A model generated the notes under the pieces. It saw only the letters and a list, made by a program, of their open reading frames with translations, searched no databases and had not been told where the DNA came from. Below are positions 51,665 to 61,838 of a stretch of 64,000 bases of DNA, in pieces. The position numbers and the translations under genes were made by a program. Position 1 is the stretch's first letter, and every line of letters begins with the position of its first letter. The DNA lies in contig CAVQKE010000003.1 in the NCBI GenBank assembly GCA_963713045.1, positions 384,001 through 448,000 of the forward strand. Direction: 5' to 3'. This DNA is from an uncultured delta proteobacterium (GTDB lineage Bacteria > Myxococcota > Myxococcia > Myxococcales > Myxococcaceae).

Positions 51665-52522
51665 TCAAGCGGCCAGCGTCTGGGTGGCCGGGCCCAGCGG
51701 ACCGCGCACGCCATACAGCCGGCGCAACCGCCGCTCCAACTCCCCCGCGTGCAGCCGAAGTCGGTGAATGCGCCCCTGCCGCGTCTCGATGGCATTGCGG
51801 TCGGTCAGCGTCAACCGCCCCCACGGACGGGCCAGGGTGAAAACGGCATGGCCGGTGAAGGGCGAGGCACTCGACGTCTGGTGCCAAGCATTCATCCCGG
51901 CAAAGGACTGCAGCGAGCGCGGCTCTCGTGACACCCGGTACAGGGAGCGCCAGTGGTCTTTCGCGGCGTGCTCCAGCACCAGCTCGTCAGGCCACTCGCC
52001 CTGGACCAACCGGTACTTCCCGCTGACATCGGACTGCTCCACGGTGGAGAGGAGCATCGGCGCGCGAAAGGCGTCCCCAAAGCCAACGTCGACAAGGTAG
52101 GTCTGGTCGAGCGCCACCGAAAGCGTCAGGTGGTCGAACTCCGGGCCCCAGTTGCGTTCGTGCTTCCGCCAAACCCGAGCCGACAGCAGCGACACCTGAA
52201 ACCCCATGGCCGAGAGTGCGGAGGCAAAGAGCGCGTTGAGCTCGTAGCAAAAGCCGCCTCGCCGGAGCTCCACCACCTTGGACCAAGCTCGGCGGACGTC
52301 CAGTGGAATGGGCTTCCCCCAGAAGATGTCCAGGTTTTCAAAAGGCACGCGAAGCAAGTGGCGCCGTTGTAGCCGGGTGAGAAATGGCAGCGACGGTCGC
52401 TCCGCGCGGGACAGGCCCAGCCGCGCAAGGTAGGCGGCAAGGTCCGCCGGTCGGAGCTCCGCGTCGAGCGCGTGGGTAAGGGGAACAGCGTTGAGGGATT
52501 GGTTTTGTGCAGGCGACGGCAT
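51665..52522 (-). CDS. Arylamine N-acetyltransferase
   Basis: PFENL plus the triad RRGGFCYELN (Cys), DHL (His), LVDVGFG (Asp). Confidence 0.93.
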   Translation of the reverse strand: MPSPAQNQSLNAVPLTHALDAELRPADLAAYLARLGLSRAERPSLPFLTRLQRRHLLRVPFENLDIFWGKPIPLDVRRAWSKVVELRRGGFCYELNALFASALSAMGFQVSLLSARVWRKHERNWGPEFDHLTLSVALDQTYLVDVGFGDAFRAPMLLSTVEQSDVSGKYRLVQGEWPDELVLEHAAKDHWRSLYRVSREPRSLQSFAGMNAWHQTSSASPFTGHAVFTLARPWGRLTLTDRNAIETRQGRIHRLRLHAGELERRLRRLYGVRGPLGPATQTLAA

Positions 52523-52632
52523 GGACGGGGCGAGCGACCGACTTCCGGCCCAGGTTAGATGCTAGTCGCTTTGCCGCGTTGCGGGTGGATTAGCCAAACA
52601 CAGGTCGTCGACGCAGGGGTGGGAAATTTCAT

Positions 52633-54268
52633 TCACTCCGAGGCTGGTGTCCTACCTCCCGGCGGCCCCCCTGGCGACCCCGTCCCCCCACCCGGACCGC
52701 CCCGACCTCCCCGCCGGCGCCGGCGTCGCTTCCGCCCGGTGGGGAGCGGCGCCCCGGGCGCGGGAAGCGGAGTCTCGCCGGATTGCCACGCCGTGAGTTC
52801 TGCCCTCCCCTGCCCCGTCGCCTCGACGCTGCATGCAAAGACGGTGAGCGACTCATTGAAGAGCGGGTGCCGCCGAAAGCTGCCGAGACTTCCGCGGCGG
52901 CGCCGTTGTCCGGAAAGCGTCGCCTGGGCGAGCAACATCATCCGGCAGCGCTCGGCGATACGGCGCGGAAGCCGCGCGGTGCGCACCAGCTCCGTCAGCA
53001 TGGCCTCGATTGCCTCGGGCATGCCGCTCGAGGCGTCCTCGGTCGCCTGCGGCGCGGCCCGGCATCACCGGCACCAGCAGTACCGCCAAGAGGACCGCGT
53101 CCTCCAGGGTTTGGCCGGAGCGCACCCGTGCGTCCGCTGCTCGTGCGAAGGCGGCAAGCGTCCGCTCCCCCTCAACCCCGTGCTCCTTCAAATAGCCGTC
53201 GATGGGCGGCAGGACGAAACGCAAGGCGTCCAATGCGGAGAGCAGCGCCACCCCCTCTGCGCCAACACCGCCGCGGAGGATGCGAAAGGTGTCCTCCAGC
53301 AGACGGGGCGGAGCGCACCGGGGGAGGTCCTCCACCGCCCCTTCCATCGCAGCGTAGGTGCGGGGCTCGATGTCGAATTCCAGTCGGCAGGCAAATCTCA
53401 CCGCCCGCAGAATGCGAATTGGGTCCTCCCGCATTCGGCGCTCGGGGTCGCCGATGGTTCGCACCAGACGCTCCTCCAAGTCGCGCCGGCCTCGGACGAA
53501 GTCCAGCACCCGTCCGGCGGCGACGTCGTAAAACAGTCCATTGATGGTGAAGTCCCGCCGGCGCGCGTCTTGCTCAGCAGTCCCAAAGACATTGTCATCC
53601 CCGATGAGCAGGTCATCCGAGCGCTCTTCGGCCAGCGCTGGTTCGACCGGGTCCAAGTCGGTGATGGGATTGGCGCGAAAGGTCGAGACTTCGACGATTT
53701 TTCCGCCCCGGAAATAGACGTGAGCAAGTCGGAACCGCCGACCGATGAGACGACAATTTCTAAAAATGCCCCGAACTTCGGTGGGCAGTGCGCTGGTCGC
53801 AATGTCGAAGTCCTTCGGCGTGCGGCCCACCAGGAGGTCCCGCACGCAGCCGCCGACTAGGTAGGCCTCGTGGCCGTTTTGGTGAAGGCGGTTGACGACT
53901 TTGACAGCGTCAATATCGAGCGCTCGCGGGTCAATCTCCGCCTGTGCGCTGGCCGCAGCCTGAGGAACGGAGGCGTCCAGCTGGTCGGCTTCCGACTCCC
54001 ACAGCACCGCTGGCACCGGCTGCAGCTCGCGGGCATCCGGGGGCGGGGGCGGCTCCGGGACCGGCGCGTCCAGCGGGTCCAGGCCCTCCGACTCCCCCTC
54101 GTCGCCTTCCTCAAGGTCCGACTCGTCAGACTCCTCGCCGTCATCCCCGTCGCCCGGGGACGCCGCTTGGTGCTCCGGCAGAACGGGGGCCACTGAGGCA
54201 GCCTTCGGCTCTGCAGCGGCTGCAGGGTCGACGACAGGAGGAGGGGCGTGTGGGTCGTGCGAATTCAT
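52633..54268 (-). CDS. pcnB: Poly(A) polymerase I (one-base frameshift near 53061)
   Basis: VGGCVRDLL, DFD, PAP signature LIGRRFRLAHV, RRDFTIN, EDPIRILRA. The C-terminus continues in the 52633-53022 frame. Confidence 0.92.
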
Positions 54269-54349
54269 ACAAAGCGTTGACGCCCCGCGGCGGAGCGTGT
54301 TGAAGCGGTCGGCTTTACACGATTTCGCCCGCCGGAGGGAGTCGTCCTA

Positions 54350-55381
54350 GTGCGAACGCTGGTGACGGGGGCAACCGGGCTGATTGGCGCCAACCTGGTG
54401 CGGCGGCTCGCCCGAGATGGCACGCGTCCCAGGGTGTTGCTGCCTCCTGGCGCTGACCGGCGGGCGTTGGCGGGAGTCGACGTGGAGCCGGTAGCCGGCG
54501 ACGTGCGCGATGCGCATTCGCTGGCGAAGGCGATGGTCGGGATGACGCGCGTCTACCATGCCGCCGGTCACATCCGCTTCGATGACGCGGGGCGCCTTCT
54601 GTTGTGGAGCATCAACGTCGAGGGCACGCGCCAAGTCCTGCAGGCGGCGAGGAGCACTGGCGTCGACCGCTTGGTGCACGTCTCGAGCAGCGTCGCGGTA
54701 GGCGCCGGCCCGCTGTGTGAGCCGGCCACCGAGGACAGCGCATTTCCTCCGGCAGGGGGCACTCCCTACGCCGAGAGTAAGCGCGCCTCCGAGGAACTTG
54801 CGGCCGGGGACTGGGGCGACTTGGAAGTGGTCATCGCCAATCCCACCTTCGTCGTGGGCGCCTACGGCACCGGGGCGAGCAGCGCCGAGGTGGTCAGGCT
54901 AATCGCCTCGGGGGTGCTTCGCGCCTACCCGCCCGGGGGCACCAACTTCGTCAACGCAGAGGACGTGGCCGATGGGCTGGTGTTGGCCATGGAAAAGGGA
55001 ACGGCTGGCGAGCGCTACTTGCTGGGCGGGGAAAACCTCACCTACCGAGCCTTCCTGGCCCAGGTGGCCGAGGAGTGCGGCGAGGCCCCGCCCGGCCTGC
55101 AGATGCCTGGCTGGGCGGCGCGGGGCCTCGGTCGGGCTGGCGACGTGCTCGGCCGACTCAGCTCGGCGCGTCTCGGCTGGCTGAATACGCCCTTCCTGGC
55201 CGGCCTCTTTGAAGCAGCGTATTTTTCGTCCGCCAGGGCCGAGCGCGCTTTGGGTTACCGGCCCCGGCCCATCCGCCGAGGCATCCGCGAGGCGCTGCGC
55301 TGGTACCAGGAGCAGGGGCGGTTGCCGTGGGACCGTCCGCTCACGCCCCGTGGACTGGTCGAGCCAGGCGGCCTCGGTTAG
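54350..55381 (+). CDS. NAD-dependent epimerase/dehydratase (dihydroflavonol reductase/HpnA-like)
   Basis: TGATGLIG, HAAG, NVEGT, YAESK, NFVNAEDVA, GERYLLG. Confidence 0.9.
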   Translation: MRTLVTGATGLIGANLVRRLARDGTRPRVLLPPGADRRALAGVDVEPVAGDVRDAHSLAKAMVGMTRVYHAAGHIRFDDAGRLLLWSINVEGTRQVLQAARSTGVDRLVHVSSSVAVGAGPLCEPATEDSAFPPAGGTPYAESKRASEELAAGDWGDLEVVIANPTFVVGAYGTGASSAEVVRLIASGVLRAYPPGGTNFVNAEDVADGLVLAMEKGTAGERYLLGGENLTYRAFLAQVAEECGEAPPGLQMPGWAARGLGRAGDVLGRLSSARLGWLNTPFLAGLFEAAYFSSARAERALGYRPRPIRRGIREALRWYQEQGRLPWDRPLTPRGLVEPGGLG

Positions 55382-55401
55382 GCCAAGCCCCAGGTGCCCC
55401 C

Positions 55402-56472
55402 TTACTCGACTGGCCGAAGACGCCGCCCCGGCCGGCGCCGAAGCTTTCCCCGCGGACGGGCGTCGTCGAGGAGTTGCAAATAGTCGACGGGCACTGCAGG
55501 CGGAAGCGGCGGGGTCGTCCCCAGCGCCGCCACGCGGCGGGTAAAGGCCTTGACGATGTCCGGCACCGGGCGCAGCGCGGCCAGCACTCGGTCTGGCCCT
55601 TCCAGCGCCCCCTCGAGCGCCTGAACCAGCGGCACGGAGACTGCCTGGAGCGGCAGGCCGCGCCGCAACAGGTCCTGAAAGGAATTGGACAGCGTGATGA
55701 GGTTGTAGCCAGCGGTCTGCACCATCTCTGCCGCCACGCGCACCACCTGGCTTGGCGTGAGGAGGCCGTCTCCGAGGAGAACCAGCGCTGCTTGAAAGTA
55801 GTTGAAGATGGGGACCACCCGCGGGCCGTAGCGGCTGAAGTAGGCCGGGGGGGTGAGTCGGTCGAGCATGATGAAGATGCGTCGCACCGGGTCGGCCCGG
55901 GGCACGGTGTGCCAAGCGGCGAGAATGCGCGTCGCATCGTCGGTATAGACCTCGGCCGCGGCCAGCACCTGGGCCAGGACCCGCGCCTCCACCCGACCGG
56001 CGACGAGGTCGGCGTAAAGCGAGTAGATGAAGGCATCCGCTTCGGCGTCGTCGCCGAACAGCACCTCCTCGGCTTCCACCGGCGCGCGGGCCCGCGACTC
56101 CAACAACACCGGCAGCTTGTAGCCAACTTGGCCCCGCAGCGCGCGAAAGCGTCCGCGGAGCAGGTTACTTACATTGTCTTTGAGGACCAGCTCATCCCAG
56201 GCCACCCCGTCGAGCTTCAACTTTTCCTCGAGCACCCGCCGCATCTGGACGGGGCTCCCGGAGATGATGCACAGCCGCGAGTCGCCGCTGGCGCGCAACT
56301 CTCGGATGAGGGCCGCTGCCCCGGGAACAGCCGTCTTCTGGCTCGCCTTCTGGAGTGCGGTCCGGACCAACTGGCGGAGCGAGTCAAAGTCGGTCTGCAG
56401 GTACGTCTTGTCCAAGTCCCACCGGTAGATGTGTCGCGCCGGAGGAGGGTCGATGCGGTCCGGAAGACTCAC
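55402..56472 (-). CDS. App1/DUF2183-like HAD phosphatase-domain protein
   Basis: WDLDKT (DxDxT), ISGSP, YK, LFGDDAEAD..IY; overlaps the plsX stop. Confidence 0.7.
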   Translation of the reverse strand: MSLPDRIDPPPARHIYRWDLDKTYLQTDFDSLRQLVRTALQKASQKTAVPGAAALIRELRASGDSRLCIISGSPVQMRRVLEEKLKLDGVAWDELVLKDNVSNLLRGRFRALRGQVGYKLPVLLESRARAPVEAEEVLFGDDAEADAFIYSLYADLVAGRVEARVLAQVLAAAEVYTDDATRILAAWHTVPRADPVRRIFIMLDRLTPPAYFSRYGPRVVPIFNYFQAALVLLGDGLLTPSQVVRVAAEMVQTAGYNLITLSNSFQDLLRRGLPLQAVSVPLVQALEGALEGPDRVLAALRPVPDIVKAFTRRVAALGTTPPLPPAVPVDYLQLLDDARPRGKLRRRPGRRLRPVE

Positions 56473-57494
56473 CTCAGCCCTGCCTGGATTGCCTGCGCCA
56501 GGTCGGAGGACACCGCTTTCGCCGCCACCTTGCCGGCGTTTGCCACCGCACGGGCGCGGCTACGGCCGTGCGCTTTGATGAAGAGCCGGTCAAAGCCAAG
56601 GACCGGGGCGCCCCCGTATTGCTGCCAATCGGTGAGGTCCTTCAGTTGGTTGAGCCCGTTGGCCAGCATCCACAGTCCGATTCGCCAACGCAGGCGCGAG
56701 GCGTACGCGTACCGGGCCAACTCCACCACCGTCTCGGAGACTCCCTCCAGCATCTTCAAGCAAACGTTTCCAACGAAACCGTCGGTCACCACCACGTCGG
56801 CAGTGCCTTTGGGGATGTCCACGCCTTCGATGTTGCCGACGAAGCGAACGCCGGGATGCTGGGCAAGCTTTTGGTTGGCCTCCACCACCCGCGGGGGACC
56901 CTTCATCGCCTCGGTGCCGTTGGAGAGCAAAGCAACGGTGGGGCGGGGGTTCTTGCTGATGATGCGGGCGTAGGCCGAGCCCATCACCGCGAAGGTGACG
57001 AGGTCATCGGCGAGGGCGTCCACGTTGGCGCCCACGTCGAGAATCAAACTGAACGGGTCGTGCTTCTCCCCATGTCCGGCGCGTGTCGGGTACACCGAGG
57101 CGAGCGCGGCGCGACGCACCCCGGCCAAGAGCTGGAATGTCCGGGCCGCGGCCAAAACCCCGGCTCCGGTATTTCCGCAGCTCACCAGCGCGTCCGCCTC
57201 CCCGTCCGCCACCAGGCGGGCGGCCACCAGCACCGACGCCTCGGGTTTGTCGGCCAGGGCTGCCGCCGGCTTCTCATGCATGGCGACAAAGCTCGGAGCG
57301 TGGTGAATGCTGATGCGCTCGCCGTTGTGCTGGGTGTGGGCCAAAGCCTGGTCGATGAGCTGGGCGTCCCCCACCAGCAGCGCGTGGATGTGAGGGGCCT
57401 CGAGGCTGAGCATGGCGGCGCCCCGAACCACCTCGGCCGGGCCATGGTCTCCGCCCATCACGTCGAACGCAATGGTGGTCGCACGCTGGGCCAT
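56469..57494 (-). CDS. plsX: Phosphate acyltransferase PlsX
   Basis: DVMGGDHGP, SCGNTGA, LDVGAN, GNIEG, DGFVGN, GGAPVLG, KAHG. Confidence 0.93.
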   Translation of the reverse strand: MAQRATTIAFDVMGGDHGPAEVVRGAAMLSLEAPHIHALLVGDAQLIDQALAHTQHNGERISIHHAPSFVAMHEKPAAALADKPEASVLVAARLVADGEADALVSCGNTGAGVLAAARTFQLLAGVRRAALASVYPTRAGHGEKHDPFSLILDVGANVDALADDLVTFAVMGSAYARIISKNPRPTVALLSNGTEAMKGPPRVVEANQKLAQHPGVRFVGNIEGVDIPKGTADVVVTDGFVGNVCLKMLEGVSETVVELARYAYASRLRWRIGLWMLANGLNQLKDLTDWQQYGGAPVLGFDRLFIKAHGRSRARAVANAGKVAAKAVSSDLAQAIQAGLR

Positions 57495-57531
57495 TCCGGG
57501 GCGACCTTACCCTGGCCCGGGCGGTCGGCGA

Positions 57532-59433
57532 CTACTGCGTTCCGGTCACCCGGCGGTTGGCAGTACTGCGGTCCACACAACCCTTGGTGAGTGTGTACTC
57601 ATACGTGCCCAGCTCATCCCGCCAGTACTCGCCTTGGAAGGGCCAGTACAGCTGGTCGTCGGCCACCGCGACCGAGTAGCGGTACTGCTTGACGATGGCC
57701 TTGCGACCGCCCGCCTGAAGCTGCTCCTCGAGGAATTCCTTTTCCTTGCCGGTGGTCTCAAACTTGATGCGCTCGCCGTTTCCGAGCAGCGTCCGCAGGT
57801 TGGCGAGCTCCAGCTCCAGTTTGCCCCGCGCCATGACGCCCGCCCGAGTGACCAACTGCTGGCGCTCTTTGCTCAAGCGCTCCTGCAGGTGGCGCGCCAG
57901 GTCGGAGGTCCGAAAGGCCGTCCCACGGGCGGCGATGAGGTCGGTCTCTTTCTCGACTTCGAGGATGGCGTCGTTGGTGTTCTTCAGCTCGCGGTCGGTC
58001 AAGGCAAGCTTCAGCACACGCTCCAGAATGGCATCGGTTCCCGTCACCGGGCCGTTTCGGGCCTTGGCCTGCACCTCCGCCAGCACCTGGTAGTACTGCG
58101 AGGCTTCCATGTCCTTGCGCACCAGGGAATCGAGTTCGTCGTAAACCGGCTTGTAGCGCCGCTCGAATTCCTGAAGGATGGCGCTCGACTCCCGGTAACG
58201 GCAATTCTCGTAATAGACCACCGCCTTGAGCAGCAGCGCCTCGGGGAAATACTCGTCGCGGAAGAAGGGACTGCTGAGGGTGACCAGGTTGCCGAGCGCC
58301 TGCTGGTATTGGCCGATGCGGTAGTTGGCCCAAGCGGATTCGAAGAGAGCCTCCAGCCACTCCGAGCGACCACGCTCAATCTTCCCGTAGTAATAAATGG
58401 CGTAGCGATTCTGGCGAGCCGCGTAGTGAATCCGGGCAAGGTCCATGAAAGCCAGCTGACGCACAATCTCGTCGCTGCGCGCCTCCGCTGAGCTCGAGTC
58501 GCCCGTGGGGCGGGTGAGGCGCACCACGTCCTTCAGCGCCTCCACAGCGGCGGCCTGGTTCCCCTCGCGGTCGTAGATGACGCCTTCGAGAAACCGGGTG
58601 CGGGCATAGAAGGCGTCGCCCCGCGGGACTTTCGCCGCGAGGCGATGCGCTTCTTGAAAGCTCTTGGCGGCCTCTGCCTTCTGGTCCACCTGGTCGAGCG
58701 CGCGGCCCCGGACAAATTCATAGCGCGCGAGCAGGTAGTAGAATTCGTTGCGGTATTGCTCGGGCCACTGCGCATTCGCGTAGCGGGCTACTTCGTCCAG
58801 GATGACGGACTCATTGGTGGTCTTTCGCCCGATGTAGAAGAGCCATTCAAGGGATTTGGAGAAGAAGCGGGTCTGCTCTCCCCGAGAGAGAATCTGGCTA
58901 AATTCGCCCAGCGCCGAGTAGTAGAGGCCCATCCGGTAAAGCGTTTTGCCGAGCAAGTACTCGGATTCCAGCTGGAGCGGCGCCATCTTGGGGTCGTTGA
59001 TGAGGTCCCAGGCGGCGAGCGCCGCGTTCTCGTATTCCTTGGCCAAAAACTGGGCGTTCGCTGCATCCAGCCGCTGACGGTCGGCCGTTTTTCCGGTGAC
59101 GTCGAGGGCCTCGAAGGTGGTGGTCGGTGCGGTGCCCGCCTTCTTGGCCCCCGCCCCCGGTGGTGGGGGCATGGGAAGGTCCCTGGCGGCTTTGGGCGGC
59201 GCCGGACTGGGTTGGGTCAAGTCGACGCCCAAGCCCGGCGCTGGCGCAGGCGGGGTGGGCGTCTGGTTCTGCGCCAGGAGGGCGCTGGCTGCCGCGAGGT
59301 GGTTTGGAGTGGCGATTTGTTTCGCCTGGGGCTTTCTCTGAGGGGTGATGTCGAACCCTGCAAGAGGCTGCGCCACGCTCGGCGCGGCGGCGAGCAGGCA
59401 GCTGAGGACGGAAGCGCGAAGGAAAGACCCCAT
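57532..59433 (-). CDS. gltC: Gliding motility TPR protein GltC
   Basis: Signal peptide, Pro-rich linker, TPRs, YWPFQGEYWRDELGTY.Y.L...C C-terminus; position in the G2 glt cluster. Confidence 0.88.
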   Translation of the reverse strand: MGSFLRASVLSCLLAAAPSVAQPLAGFDITPQRKPQAKQIATPNHLAAASALLAQNQTPTPPAPAPGLGVDLTQPSPAPPKAARDLPMPPPPGAGAKKAGTAPTTTFEALDVTGKTADRQRLDAANAQFLAKEYENAALAAWDLINDPKMAPLQLESEYLLGKTLYRMGLYYSALGEFSQILSRGEQTRFFSKSLEWLFYIGRKTTNESVILDEVARYANAQWPEQYRNEFYYLLARYEFVRGRALDQVDQKAEAAKSFQEAHRLAAKVPRGDAFYARTRFLEGVIYDREGNQAAAVEALKDVVRLTRPTGDSSSAEARSDEIVRQLAFMDLARIHYAARQNRYAIYYYGKIERGRSEWLEALFESAWANYRIGQYQQALGNLVTLSSPFFRDEYFPEALLLKAVVYYENCRYRESSAILQEFERRYKPVYDELDSLVRKDMEASQYYQVLAEVQAKARNGPVTGTDAILERVLKLALTDRELKNTNDAILEVEKETDLIAARGTAFRTSDLARHLQERLSKERQQLVTRAGVMARGKLELELANLRTLLGNGERIKFETTGKEKEFLEEQLQAGGRKAIVKQYRYSVAVADDQLYWPFQGEYWRDELGTYEYTLTKGCVDRSTANRRVTGTQ

Positions 59434-59439
59434 GGCCGG

Positions 59440-60216
59440 CTACCCGTCGTGGAAGGTGGTCGGGAAGAAAAAGCCGACCCCCAGGTCGATGAAGAACTGG
59501 TTTTGGACTGAGGTGCCGCCGCCGGGCGTGGGGGACTTCTCGCCGTAGATGTCGTCTCGCAGCTCGAACCTGAGGGTCATCCACTTGTTGAAGAAGAAGC
59601 GCATCCCAATGCCGACTTCACCGCCGCAAGTGAGGTAATTGCTGCTGCCGGTCAGGCCGCTGGAGGGCGGTCCGGCGTAACTCACCAAGGCCGGGCCGAG
59701 GATGCCGTAGAAGTCGAAGTGCAGCACCCATTCTGCGAAGAGGTTGAATTTACCGTAGATGGGCGTCCACTGCACGTCGAGCGCGCCGAGGAATTTGATT
59801 TGCCCGGTGCCCTTGCCGTCCAACTCGTCATAGGTCGGCGAGCGGCAACCCCGCGTTCCACCGGCCGCGACGTTGACGGTGCAGATTTGAGCCGACCCCG
59901 ACACCGTGTCCACCGCGTAGCCGCCCCGAAGCATCACCCCCAAGGTGTCGTTGAAGTTGTACGTGAGGCTGAGCTCGAAGACGTACTTGGTAAAGAAGGC
60001 GTCGCGAAAGCTGAAGGCCACCGAGGGAACCAGCTCCCAGCGCTCCTTCAGCAAGAAGACGTGGCGGACGACGGGTGGAATGCGGTCCTTGAGCGGGCCG
60101 ACGTCCCGCTCGAGCTGGGTCGTGTCCCCGGCGTCATCCGGCGACGTCGGGCTGCTCTGGGCAGCTGCGAGGCTCGGCAGCCCAACGACGACGAGTGCGA
60201 GGAGCAGCCGGCGCAT
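59440..60216 (-). CDS. gltA: Gliding motility outer-membrane beta-barrel (GltA by gene order)
   Basis: Signal peptide, DAFFTKY, WTPIYGK, ELRD; directly upstream of gltC. The A versus B assignment rests on recalled gene order. Confidence 0.72.
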   Translation of the reverse strand: MRRLLLALVVVGLPSLAAAQSSPTSPDDAGDTTQLERDVGPLKDRIPPVVRHVFLLKERWELVPSVAFSFRDAFFTKYVFELSLTYNFNDTLGVMLRGGYAVDTVSGSAQICTVNVAAGGTRGCRSPTYDELDGKGTGQIKFLGALDVQWTPIYGKFNLFAEWVLHFDFYGILGPALVSYAGPPSSGLTGSSNYLTCGGEVGIGMRFFFNKWMTLRFELRDDIYGEKSPTPGGGTSVQNQFFIDLGVGFFFPTTFHDG

Positions 60217-61055
60217 CACTCGGACTCCCGCCCGGTAGACTTGAAGGGAATGAAGAGGGACAGGCCGAAATTGATGGTGAACAGATTCTGAATCGCCCCC
60301 AGCGTCGTTCCCGCCGGTGTATCCCCGTAGCAGGTGTCCACCAGCGACAGGTCAACGCTCATCCAGTCCAGGGCGACGAAGCGCATCCCGATGCCAATTT
60401 CCCCGGCAAATGAGGGACCCCGCTTCGGGCCGTTGGGTTGAAGGGAATCCACCGGCGTCGGCGAGGTCTCGGTCCAAACCACCCCGAGCCCTCCCAAGAA
60501 GTAGACGTCGAAATGGAAGATGGAGTTGAAAATGCTCGCTTTGCCGTAAATCGGACTCCACTCGACGTCGCCGAGCAGCGACCACTCCGGCACCGAATAA
60601 TAAATGCGGCTCTGAAAGTTCTGCTTGGCGATGGTGACGTCGGGCGTCGGGTACACCTGGTACCAGCTGCCGTGCACCGATAGTCCGAGGGTATCCGCCA
60701 GGAAGTAAGTGCCGCGGAGCGAGATGCCCCACTTGGAATAGTACGGGTCATTGACGCTGATGAAGACGGAGGCCGCGAGCTCGAACCGATGCGCCTTGAG
60801 GAACACTTTGCGCTGGATGCTCTTGACGAGGTCATCCTGGGTAAGCTCGGCCTCATCGAGTGGCTGCGCCTCGGCTTGCACTGCGGGCTTGGCCACAGGA
60901 CTTTCCGCTTTTGGACTTTCCTGAGACAGGTCCAGCCCGAGCCCCGCAGGGGCCGCTGGCTCAGCCGGTGGAGCAGGTGGCGGGGCCGGCGTCTGCTGGG
61001 CCCGAGCGGCCGGAGCCAGCAGAAGGAGACACGTCACCGCTACCAGGCGTCGCAA
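60216..61055 (-). CDS. gltB: Gliding motility outer-membrane beta-barrel (GltB by gene order)
   Basis: VKSIQRKVFLK, NDPYYSK, WSPIYGK, HFDVY; paralog of the adjacent barrel. Start approximate. Confidence 0.72.
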   Translation of the reverse strand: MRRLVAVTCLLLLAPAARAQQTPAPPPAPPAEPAAPAGLGLDLSQESPKAESPVAKPAVQAEAQPLDEAELTQDDLVKSIQRKVFLKAHRFELAASVFISVNDPYYSKWGISLRGTYFLADTLGLSVHGSWYQVYPTPDVTIAKQNFQSRIYYSVPEWSLLGDVEWSPIYGKASIFNSIFHFDVYFLGGLGVVWTETSPTPVDSLQPNGPKRGPSFAGEIGIGMRFVALDWMSVDLSLVDTCYGDTPAGTTLGAIQNLFTINFGLSLFIPFKSTGRESE

Positions 61056-61309
61056 GGTCTGGAGTCTCCGTCCGAGGGGGCCGCGGTCGAGTCGCTTGGG
61101 TTGGAACCGTCGGGCGAACGTCTGGCGGGCGAGTGTACTCGCGCTCACTGACCCCAGCAATTGCAATCCCCGCTTCCCGGGCCCTCCGCGTAGTGAGATG
61201 TCGGTGCTGCTCGCCGTTCGCTCTGACGTGCATCCATCTGCTACCGTGGAGGGCCGTTTCTCGGATGGCTCGCTCCCGTCCCAGAACCTCCACGAGGTCA
61301 CCCCCACGC

Positions 61310-61819
61310 ATGCTGCGTCATCTGTTGCTCGGTGCCATCCTGCTCAGCGCGACGCTCTTCGCCTGCTCGACCAGCACCGACCTCGGGCAGCTCTGTACCC
61401 CAGTGAAAGCCCTCCCAGACGGTGGCGTCACCGACGTGTTGGTCGGCGACCTCTCGTCGGGCAAAGACTTCGTCAGCTTCGGGGCGACCGAGTGCTCGGA
61501 CTTGGTATGCGTGGTGGACCAGACACTGGCCAGTCAGCAGCTCTCCGAGGCACAACGGGACGCTGGCAACTCGCTCAGCAGCCCCGCAGTCGGTTACTGC
61601 TCGACAGCATGCGTTCAAGGCAATGACGCCACCTGCTCTCCCCAGTACGACAATTACCAGGACCAACCGGCGCTGGTGATGACCTGCCGCGAGCTGGTGC
61701 TTGACCCCGCGCTGATTGCGGAAATCTGCCAGAACCCGGCGAAATGCGAGGAGTACTTTGGAAGCAATCGCTCCTCGTTCTTCTGTGCCCGCGGAACTGC
61801 TCCCGACGGCGGCGGCTGA
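61310..61819 (+). CDS. cglC: Gliding motility lipoprotein CglC (GltK)
   Basis: Lipobox LFAC; DLGQLC, DFVSFGATECSDLVCV, GYCS..C, FFCAR; divergent from gltB/A/C. Confidence 0.88.
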   Translation: MLRHLLLGAILLSATLFACSTSTDLGQLCTPVKALPDGGVTDVLVGDLSSGKDFVSFGATECSDLVCVVDQTLASQQLSEAQRDAGNSLSSPAVGYCSTACVQGNDATCSPQYDNYQDQPALVMTCRELVLDPALIAEICQNPAKCEEYFGSNRSSFFCARGTAPDGGG

Positions 61820-61838
61820 GGACCGCCCTCGGCGGTGA

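Noticed and set aside
53040..53070. Programmed ribosomal frameshift in pcnB or uppS
   Set aside because: There is no slippery heptamer at either site. Deleting a single base restores the canonical protein, consistent with sequencing error.
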